Assembly: GCA_043228905.1 (NCBI GenBank)
Contig: JBHGNT010000011.1
Coordinates: 8,122,001 to 8,186,000, forward strand
Origin: Azolla caroliniana
Lineage: Eukaryota; Plantae; Polypodiophyta
DNA length: 64,000 nt
Direction: 5' to 3'
In this document: positions 38,325 to 48,920 of the stretch, piece after piece
Layout: every line of letters begins with the position of its first letter
Numbering within the stretch: the stretch's first letter is position 1
Notes under the pieces: generated by a model
What the model was told of the DNA's origin: nothing
The model's database searches: none
What the model saw: the letters and a program-made list of their open reading frames with translations, nothing else
Position numbers and translations under genes: made by a program

Positions 38325-41300
38325 TGTCGTGCCTTTCGGCTCCGGATCGTTTGCGTGAGTCGGGTGGGAACTGCTGGGGTTTTGGACTAGGAAGAGGAGA
38401 GTTTTAAGGCTAATAAGAATATAAATATGTTGTAAGAAAGAGTTATAGCAAACTCGTGAATCCCATGAGTGTATTGTATTTGATTAATCAATATGAATAT
38501 AAGAATATAAATTTGGGTTGAAAGAAAGATATAAGAAACTTGTGAATCCCACAAGTATAGATTATATTATTTTCGTGAATCCCACGATTATATTAATCGG
38601 TTGGTGTTTTCGGAAATATATCCAATTTCTAAATATTTCACACACCTATTACATTGTGCTCCCCATCCTTATGTAGTGATGGGAGAGACTAAGCATAGCT
38701 ACATGCTTTTTTTTCTAATATGTTCATGCACACTAAATGTGCATGTGATGCTTTTCTAATCCTTGCTTTTATTTGCTAAATATAGTGCTCATGCACGCTA
38801 GATGTGCATGAGTCACTTTTTAGTTGCTTGCGTTTTTCTATTCACGCACTCTAAAAATGCATGATTTACCTTTTAATAAAGGTAGGCGTAAATAAAGCAC
38901 TTATAGTTATTAAATCTATTTATAGAACACTAAAGATAAGGTAGCATAATGGTAAAGTTGAGGTTTGGCTACGTGGAGGTACAGGGTTCGAATCTTGCCC
39001 TATGCATGTGATAAATATCTTGATATATTATTTTATTTATTTATATGTAATTAAATCGGTTATATTATTTTTACTTTTTCACGTAGTGTACGAAATACAC
39101 TACGACACTCGCCCCCTCCGAACCCGCACATCCTCCGGTATGTGCCGAAGTTGTCGATGCTCGTTGTCTCCCCTTCATCCTCCGTTTGTCCCGCTATGTC
39201 AACTTTGTCTCTCCATTTTGAGTAGACCCATTCTTTCCACCCGAACCATTGTTGCCATCCGATCCACCATATTCTTTGTTCATTCGTGGTAGTGTCTTTT
39301 ACTGGGCTCTTTCTTGTCTTCATCAACCTTGACTTTTTTCCGGATCTCTCTCGTCCGATCAACTTTCGGTTTGATCGGTTTCCGATCGGATTCGTATTCG
39401 GCCGAATCGGAATCGGTTGTTCGGTTTTGATTGAGTCGGTCTCCTTCCGCCCCGGTTTCGATCTATCGGTTTCGGTTTCGGTTGGCTTTCTTTTCCTCGT
39501 TTTCACCAGCCTCGACCGGTCCAACCTACGATTGAGTCGGATTAGCTTCTTTCCGGATCGGTCTCGTCCGATTGGCTTTCGGCTAGGTCGGCTTCCATCC
39601 ATATTCGCGTTCGGCCAAGTCAGACTCAGTCGATCGGTTTTGACCGAGTCGACCCCTTTTCGGGTCGGCTTTCTTTTGGGTCATCTTTCGGCCGAATCCT
39701 CATTTACCCGATTCAACTTTCGTTTGTGTCGTCTTTCGGCCGAATTCTCTTCCTTTCGGTTCGGCTTTCTTTCGGGTCGACTTTCGGTCGAATCCTCTTT
39801 TACCCGGTTAGGCTTTCTTTCGGATCGGAATCCCGTCCGGATCACCTTCCATCCTAACTGGCTTCCGACTTTACCTTTCTTGCCGCCACCTCCCGTCTCT
39901 CCGGTCTCACGTTGGTTCTCGGACACAACCGCCGAAGTCTCTAGAATTAGTGGGTAGGAATCCTCGGTATTATCATCCTCTTTCATTTCAACCATAGCCT
40001 CCTTCTCGGCTATCTCTCCGTCGTATGAATCGGCTTCGACCTTTGTTTTCTCTCCACCACCTTCCGTCTCTTCGGTCTCACGTTGCCTTTCGAACGCAAC
40101 CGCCGGAGTCTCTAGAATCAGTGGTGGGGAAGTCTCGATATGGCCATCTGTCGTTGATTCGTCCATAGCCACCTTCGATTCGATGTCATCTTTCGTGGTG
40201 ACCTCCTCAATCAAGTCCTCCTTGCTCTCTTTCACTGCATCAATTATGCAAACATCTATTATGCTTACCCCTTTTTGACCCGATGTCTCGGGCACTTGTA
40301 TCCCGAAATTTCCTTCTACACTTGAATTATCGGCCTTATCCTTCGTCGTTGTTCTTTCGCAAGACAAGAGGGTAGCTTGTTTTACACCCTCTTCCGTCGC
40401 ACCATCATGTTGTATTTCGGCCTTCATATCGGCTCCATCGTTTGTCTTCAATCGGCCATCCTTCATCGGCCATGTCGTTGACAAGATTCTCATCTTCCTC
40501 TCATCATGTCTCCGGCATACCCTTTGGACTTCGGCCCAATCTTCGGTAAGACCATTCGTACCTTCATCGTCTTCGAGTTCGATCCCGATGTCCATCCTTT
40601 CTTTTCGATCGATCGATTTTACGAACATTAGGACTTTATCTTCTCCCACCAATCGTTGTTCCCGCTCCGAGAGTCGAGCAAAACGATGCTCGAACTCTAG
40701 GAATGCTTGTGTTGCACTTCGGTGGGTCTTCTCCGATGCCACCCATTCGTCGAATTCTCGCCGATCTTGTCCCTTCGATCTCTTGTAATCATATGCCTCT
40801 CGTAAAGCTTCTTCGAATGACCCCCATGTCGAGTTTTGTTGCCGTATCTTGTGGATTCTCTCTTGTAGCTCATCCGTGGCCACCCGATTGAAGGATGTCA
40901 CTTGCAATCCTTCCGGTATCCCACATCGTATCATCTCCGCCTTGTAGTCACGTAGATAGCGTGACACATCGTTTCCGTTGAATTGTCCGTTTCGTTGTAC
41001 GAGCCGTTGTACTACTGTCGTGATCTCCGACATCTCGCGTTGTTCTTGTAGCATTCTCTCGAACATCATCATCATCATGTTCATCGCCTCTTGTTGATTC
41101 TCCATCTCCTTGCCACCCGCCTTCACGTCGGGTTCACCAACTGTGTCGTGCCTTTCGGCTCCGGATCGTTTGCGTGAGTCGGGTGGGAACTGCTGGGGTT
41201 TTGGACTAGGAAGAGGAGAGTTTTAAGGCTAATAAGAATATAAATATGTTGTAAGAAAGAGTTATAGCAAACTCGTGAATCCCACGAGTGTATTGTATTT

Positions 41301-41926
41301 GATTAATCAATATGAATATAAGAATATAAATTTGGGTTGAAAGAAAGATATAAGAAACTTGTGAATCCCACAAGTATAGATTATATTATTTTCGTGAATC
41401 CCACGATTATATTAATCGGTTGGTGTTTTCGGAAATATATCCAATTTCCAAATATTTCACACACCTATTACATTGTGCTCCCCATCCTTATGTAGTGATG
41501 GGAGAGACTAAGCATAGCTACATGCTTTTTTTTCTAATATGTTCATGCACACTAAATGTGCATGTGATGCTTTTCTAATCCTTGCTTTTATTTGCTAAAT
41601 ATAGTGCTCATGCACGCTAGATGTGCATGAGTCACTTTTTAGTTGCTTGCGTTTTTCTATTCACGCACTCTAAAAATGCATGATTTACCTTTTAATAAAG
41701 GTAGGCGTAAATAAAGCACTTATAGTTATTAAATCTATTTATAGAACACTAAAGATAAGGTAGCATAATGGTAAAGTTGAGGTTTGGCTACGTGGAGGTA
41801 CAGGGTTCGAATCTTGCCCTATGCATGTGATAAATATCTTGATATATTATTTTATTTATTTATATGTAATTAAATCGGTTATATTATTTTTACTTTTTCA
41901 CGTAGTGTACGAAATACACTACGACA
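38325..41926 (-). mobile_element. Element G: young non-autonomous gag-only LTR element of the tRNA-Trp-primed lineage
   Basis: 783-bp LTRs at 38325-39107 and 41144-41926 (2 differences seen). TSD ACGT, Trp PBS 41122-41139, PPT GGAGGGGGCGAG, no pol. Confidence 0.93.
39060..41105 (-). CDS. Gag capsid-like domain fused to acidic and basic repeat tails (one in-frame TGA at 39681-39683)
   Basis: GQFNGNDVSRYL...KVLMFVKSID...GLTEDWAEVQRVC aligns with the gag of C and K. ORFs 39681-41126 and 39060-39602 are in the same frame. Confidence 0.75.
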
Positions 41927-44900
41927 ACGTGCTTTGAGAGCACTTTGAGATTGTCAAAGTTCAGTCATCTGTTGAGCAGTGAAACTAAGGTATTGGCTTA
42001 TTTGCGAAAAATACATCTCAATGGACATTTGTCCAAGATGATTCCCTTGAGTTCCTTCCGCTTGAGCGGATGACATCGGGTCATTATTTTGAGCCATTAA
42101 ATGATTATCTTTGGAAAAGAAATAGGATAAGGTCAGAGAGATAGTCATAACATCATGTCGTGATGTAAACATATCATGGGCGAACATTAATCGATATCAT
42201 TATCTCACGTCAATACCCCTCTAGACGTATGAGATGAGGTTCAAGATCAGGTTACTATGGTAACACAAAGGTGTTTTAAAAACCATGGGGGTGACAATTT
42301 AATGTCTTTCCCTGATCTCTATATCGATTTTTTCATGGCTCAACCATGTATGCTCCCCGAGGCTCAACCATGTATGTTCGCGTCATTAATAGTTTAGACA
42401 CGAAAAAAATGTTAACAATAAACTATGTTTCGATGCCCACATATGTGGTTTCGGCTCTTTAAGTCCTATTAGGAGGACCCCAAAGTGCACTTACACCTTA
42501 AGTCTAAACATGTGTTATAGTCATATGTATCAACAATGTTGTATGGTCTTGGTCATATTTGAACTCGAGACCTCGAGAACAAATGCATTAAACACTTGAG
42601 ACAACCAAGTAAGTTGCTCTTCTTGAATGTTTAATGTTTCATGTGTATAAGAGATACGCAAGGCATTTGCCCATATATGTTTTTTCAAAAGAAACATATA
42701 TGTCAAGAGTCCTTATTTCGCCCTCATTTACTACAACTATGTTGGTACATTACCTAACCTCAAGTCTTGTAATTACGATGGCATACGCCAAAGTGCAACC
42801 TGATGGTCAAGCCAAATGAGCCCTCTTTTCGTAGTAGGCCCACGTGGCCCATCACATGGTCACGTCATTACGAATGCCTCTCGTAAGAATGATCTCATTG
42901 GGGCATCGTATCCATGTAATGAGGGAGGGATGTTGGATACGTGTGTCATAGGAGCGACCTCACATGAAGTGGGTCAAGCCCTACGTACTCAACATCATTA
43001 TGGTTATAGGCGTTTCTTTACGTAACGAAATATCGAAGTCACCAACAGGGATTTCAACAATAAAAAATTGTTGAAAAAAGGGATGGTGACAACATTATTC
43101 TCACAAAAATGTGAGGACGGCCACAAAGATCCTTTCCCCGAAAAGGAAAACATTCGATTTAAAATCATATAATAACTTATATACACATATGTATATTATC
43201 ACATATATACGATCAACTACACATACACGTGACCACATATGCCTATATAAACAAATCGTTATATTTAATAGCCAAAAATGACGTAATCAAGATACGTAAT
43301 CGAGGCATATACCTCTACGCACACGAGACATCCAAAAATAAGGGTTAATCGTAATACGCAATTGAGGTATTAACCTCTTACGCATACGAGACCAGCGCAT
43401 ATCATTTACAACGAATCGAGGTATTGACCTCATACGCAAACATAACATATGTTTGTGAACGTAATATGCAATTGAGGTATTAACCTCGTGCGCATACGAC
43501 ACTCTCCACATATTCAATATACGTCAAATGAGGTATTGACCTCATACACATATGTAAACGTTTTATACAACCAATGAATTACCACTACAACATCATTGAA
43601 TTAATGAAACAAATCTACATATTAACCATACACATGATTAGATGGGAGAAGAAAAAATAGACAAAAAAAAACAAGAAAGATTACTGAAGTTCCTTTGTTG
43701 ATCCTTGTCTACATGAAGGCCGACCGCACGTAGATCGATCGCCATCAATCAAGAACACAAAAGACAACAAAAGAAACATTAGAAAATGAGCTCTGATACC
43801 AACTGTTAGAGACATGAACTAATATAAGCATTAAATAAGGATAGAATATAGATCTAGATAGAAAGGAGAGAGAGAAACAAGGGTGTCGATCCACCTGACC
43901 ACCCCCAAGCGAAGGGATCGAGATGGACTCGAGCCTCGATCGGCGTCCCATACCACCGTCGGGGCGTCGAGTCGTACCTGGTGCTGGCGCGCTCACTACA
44001 AGAGTTGACCCACCACAAGACAGAGTCTCGACGTAGTCAACAAGATAATGAAATGAGGGTAGCTAGGCCTCTTATTTATAGCGATACCCAAGGCCCCCAG
44101 GCAAGATCACACTTGGCCTAATGGGTTGTCTCAATCCCGAGGATTAAAAGTAATCCTCCCCTTCTTTACACTCTTGTTTAACCCTCACACTTGTCCACGT
44201 GTATAGAATACTATGGTAAATTCTCACCACGGGATATTATATGGTCATGCCCATAACAGTATCTGGTTCTCGCTTGTACTCCCCCTCAATCTTGGCAAGG
44301 CAGGGATCGTCAATCCAAGATCTGACATGAATTGCCGAAGCTTGTCGGCTCCTAGGGCCTTGGTGAAGATGTCTATTGTTTGAAGATTCATGTTGATGTG
44401 TAGAAGATCGACATCTCCGGCTTGAACATGCTCTCAAATGAAGTGGTAGTGCACTTCGATATGCTTTGTGTGTGTGTGGAACACCAGGTTTCGAGCCAGA
44501 TATATACTTTTCATGTTGGCGTAGTAAATGGGAGTCGAAGCCTTAATGGGAACGCCCAAATCCATCAAAATCCTCTTGAGCCATACGGCTTCACATGCAG
44601 CTACGGTTGCGCCCCTGTATTCAACCTCTGTACTCGAAAGTGCGATGGTTGGTTGCTTCCTACTCCTCCAAGATATTGCTACGCTACCCAGCGAGAAGAC
44701 AAATCCAGAGGTTGATCGTCGATCAGCTTTATAGCCAACCTAGTCGGCATCCACGTACCCTTCGAGTCGAATTGGTGTGGCCAATGCATAGAGGATGTCA
44801 TAATCCATTGTGCCGCTCACGTAACATAATACTCGCTTAGCGCAATCGAAATGGATATCTCACGGAGTTTGCATGAATTGGCTAAGGAGGCCGACCACAT

Positions 44901-46532
44901 AGTTGAGGTCGGGTCGAGTGATCATGCCATAGATGAGGCTCTCAATCAATTGACGATATTGACTCGGCTCGCACTCGTTTGTGCCGGAGTCGGCATCTAG
45001 TTTGAGGTTTCGATCGAGAGGGGTTGCCACAGATCTGCACTCTGTCATCCCAAACTTATATAATAAGTTGAGAATGTAGTGTTGTTGAGAGATCATAATG
45101 CCGATCGGAATCCGAATTACTTCGATGCCTAGGAAGTAATGAAGTTCCTTCACGTCCATCATCTCGAATTTGTTGGAGAGGTGGGATTTCACCTTGTTGA
45201 TGTCGACTAAACTTTCTCCTCCAATGACCAGATCATCCACGTATAGGATGATGACAATTGAGCTTCTAGAGTCATTTCGTACATAGAGGGAGTTGTCAGA
45301 TTTCGACATTCAAAAGCCAATTTGATGAAGATATTGTGTAATCTTCGAATGCCAAGCACACGGTGCTTGCTTGAGGCCGTAGAGTGGCTTCTTGAGTCGT
45401 CACACGGCTTTCAGATTAGTACGCGATTCGAAGTCGGGTGGTTGTACCATGTATACCTCCTCTTCTAATTGGCTTTGAAGAAAGACGTTCTTTACGTCCA
45501 TCTAATGGAGGTGCCACCCTTTCGCCGTTGCGAGTGTAATTACGGTCCGCACAATCGTCATCTTTGCCACCGGGGAAAATGTCTCTTCGTAGTCGACTCC
45601 ATGCGTCCATGTGTATCCTTTTGCTACGAGTCGAGCTTTGTAGCGGTTTACAAAGCCATCGGCATTATACTTCACCTTGTAGATCCATCTACAGCCATCA
45701 CCTTCTTGTGCGGTGAGTGGGGGACAAGAACCCACGTCTTGTTTTTGGAGAGTGCTTGCATCTCCTCATTCATCGCTTCAACCCATCTGAGGTCCTTCGC
45801 GGCTTCGGAAAACGTTTCCGGCTCCCGTACTGTTGCTACCTTCATCATAAAGGCGTGATGGTACGCCATATAATCATTGTAGCCGAATCGGCTTATGGGG
45901 TTCTTTTCACGGGCGGATCAGCGGAGCTTCTCGTTTGCGGATACTAAGGCTTTCTTCGCTCCATTTGTCGGGATGTCAAGGCCGTCAAACTCACTATCGT
46001 CTTCATACTCCGGCATTTTCGCCTTCCCTTTGTCCATCTTCAGACTAGGCCGAGATGTGCTTTGGTCACTCAAGGGCTCCTGTGGCCCACTAAACCTTGT
46101 CGTAATCGGGCTTTCTTCGAACATGCGCGTGAGTCGATCTTTGGCTTCTATCTCTATTTCGGCGGATTCCGGGTTGAGCGGAATCAGAGTCGAAGTTGTC
46201 TCTGGTGCGTACCAAGATGCAAACTTGTCGAAAATGACGTCTCGACTTACTCGAGATTTTCGAGTTGAGGGGTTATAACACTTGTACACTTTTGCTCCAG
46301 TGAGTATCCTATGAGGATACATTTCTCCGACTTCGAGTCGAGCTTTTGTCGCTTCTCATTGGGGATGTGCATGTACGCAATGGAGCCGAATATCCGAACA
46401 TGTGATAGGTCCGGCTTCTTTCCGAAAAACTTCTCATGCGGAGTAAGTTTGTGCACACCCGATGTCGTACACCGATTCATGAGGTATAGGGTCGTGTTAG
46501 CCGCTTCTGTCCAATAGGATTTCAGTAGATGT

Positions 46533-48920
46533 TGTTACCCCGTACGAGTTGTACGGAGAGTCAAGTGTGATGAGCGAGGGTCGAATATTATCATGATGAT
46601 GTTGTATATGTGTAGGGAACATAAATGTAATTGTGAGTTGATATGTATGTGAACACATGCACACGTGTGTGCATGTGGAGGGATACGATGAGGTGTGAGT
46701 GAGTGTCCAGTATGAATGCTCTATGGGGTACACCCCTTTGTAACTACCCCCTCTTGTACTATTTAACCCCTTATGGGGAATGAATGAAGAATGAACCATT
46801 TCTCTCCTAATCTCTCTCTTGTCATCCCTCTTTCTCTCTCTCTCTCCCCCTCAACGTTGAATCCCCTTGGGAGGGGGGTGGAGCCATTCTAGGCACCACC
46901 CCCCACCCCGCAATGCTTCTCTATGCTTCTCTATACGATCTCTCATCATCATGCTCTTCATCATCCTCATCATGACCACCATGTCTATCTTTATCATGAT
47001 TATCATCCTTAACCCTAACCCTAAAACCTATAACACCTTTTGGCGACCACTACGGCGACCCCCCTTTGGAAACGGAGTCAAAGAATGATACGCGGTGATG
47101 AAGGCCATAGCGAAGGCCATAGCGACATATTTGTGTGAGTGCAGGAAATGACAATGCGATGAAAGAATTCATGAATGGAAACGATGTTGTGCAAGGTTGC
47201 GATTGGTGTCCATGTACGTGTTCCGAATGCGGTTAGTGACAATGTGCGTGTTCGAATGCGTGGTGCAAGATGCACGGCTGGAAAAACAGCGACGCAGAGG
47301 GAACCGGTGCCAGCACGACTGGTAAGAGAAGCCCACCTGAAGACTGCGGTGGAAGACGCAGTGTGTGGAGCGGAGGCCGGCAGGATGTGCTGCGAATGCA
47401 TGGGCTATGGTTCCAGAAGAAACAACGCAAAGAGAGTGGAACCGGAATCGGAACAAGAACCAAAGTTGGTTATCACCGAAGGGGCATCGAAGACAGAGAA
47501 GAAGATGCAGACGTGGACCAAACATCGACAACCAGAAAAAGGGACATCACAACAAACACACACATGCAAAGACAGCAGGACCAACGAGGGTGACTCGACA
47601 ACAACATTGACGGACAAAAGGCTCAGGGCGCCAGACGAAGACAACGAGAGATGAAAACGGTTTCTGTCGGAGATACAGCCGGACAGAGACGGAAAGGGCC
47701 AGAGACCCCAAAAGCCATGAGCAAACCCTAGGTCGAACAGCAGACGAGACGCCGAATGACAATGAAACGACGGGCCAGACGGCAGAAAAAGCTGCCGGAA
47801 GGGCCGGAAACCAGTCGGAATAGCCAGACAGTGGCTGGAGCGGCTGGAGCGGCCGGAGGACCAGACAAGGCCGGGGAAGCAGACAGGCCGCCAGGAAGAC
47901 GGACGGTGTCGGAGGACGACGGAAAACAGAGACGGCCAAACAGCAACGGTCGGAGATGGCGACGGCGGGAGATGGAGACAGAGCCAAAATGATGGCTGAA
48001 GCGGCCGGAATAGTCGAATACAGCAACGGCTGGATACAGAGACACGTCAAACAAAGGCGGCCGAATGGACGGGATAGCGACATACAACTGCCGCCAGAGA
48101 GAGACAGAGACGCAGACTCAAACGGATAGAAACCGACAGAGACGGTGACGGTGACGGTGACGGAGTCCACAACTGAGTGGTGGTCGGACAGCAACCAACT
48201 GATAGTCGGCAGACAACAACTGCTGGACACAGTCGGCATCGACCAGAACAACGACGGACAGAGGACTGATGACAACCAATGGTCATGAGTGGCCGAGAAG
48301 CGATAGAGACAGAGACGGAGATCTCCGATCATAAGTAGAGATGACCTACAGCCATAGATGGACAGAGACGACAACCGGCCGGAAGGAGATGAAACGAATA
48401 TGTAGATGGAGACAACCACGATGCAGGGACCATAAAGACAACGATGAAGACGACCAAACGACGTGACGGAGACAGCGACAATAGTGATGGACATCGACCG
48501 GAGCAGTGGTCAGACAACGTCGACGGTCAGAGCGACTAGACAAACGGCGGGACAACGGCCGATACGGCCAGATGAAGATATGCAGTCATGGCCAAATAGG
48601 CAACAGAAAACGAGATGGAGAAGAAGAGAAAAGAGGAAGAAGAATTTGCTCCAGGAGCAAAACGCGAGAAAAGAGAAGGAAGAAAGAACAAGGAAGAAGA
48701 AAGCAGGGTAGTAACAGAAATGAAAAACAAGAGGGAAAGAAGAGAAGGAAAGAAGAAAAATAAAATTTTAAAAATCAAAGGGCACCTATGAAATTTTGAA
48801 ATCTCATCCACCTANNNNNNNNNNNNNNNNNNNNNNNNNNNNNNNNNNNNNNNNNNNNNNNNNNNNNNNNNNNNNNNNNNNNNNNNNNNNNNNNNNNNNN
48901 NNNNNNNNNNNNNNATAACA
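46533..48920 (+). mobile_element. Element J: LTR retrotransposon, mostly hidden in an assembly gap
   Basis: 5' LTR 46533-47035 (TGTTA...ATAACA) and PBS TGGCGACCAC (tRNA-Arg-like) at 47041. After the gap, ATAACA + GATGT matches the LTR end and TSD GATGT (46528-46532). Confidence 0.85.
48815..48914. other. Assembly gap (100 N)
   Basis: Run of N. Confidence 1.

Larger units (their letters stand above)
34067..42097 (-). pseudogene. gag-pol of element F (gag interrupted by G)
   Basis: Gag start MAQNNDPM at 42097, AAAWWR, knuckle CVFCKKKGHTKKQC; protease LFDSGSSHNF; [14 protein letters not shown]; integrase SDRDPKFTS; chromodomain ERILDVK...FKIKW...DATWE. Confidence 0.9.
33626..44258 (-). mobile_element. 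Element F: tRNA-Met-primed chromovirus Ty3/Gypsy, inserted in the 3' UTR of D
   Basis: 455-bp LTRs at 33626-34080 and 43804-44258. PBS TGGTATCAGAGCTC 43788-43801, PPT GAGGGGGAGTA, TSD CTATC/GTATC (1 mismatch). Confidence 0.92.

Noticed and set aside
38935-39005. Functional tRNA genes in the LTRs
   Set aside because: A/B boxes are present but the acceptor and anticodon stems do not pair convincingly. Reported only as tRNA-like cassettes.
43300-43545. CRISPR array
   Set aside because: The repeats are only 14 bp, the spacers resemble each other with a ~110-bp dimer period, there are no cas genes, and the context is a eukaryotic retrotransposon leader.
47175-48494. ORFs in the J leader (159 aa +, 315 aa -)
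   Set aside because: Compositionally biased with no recognisable motifs.
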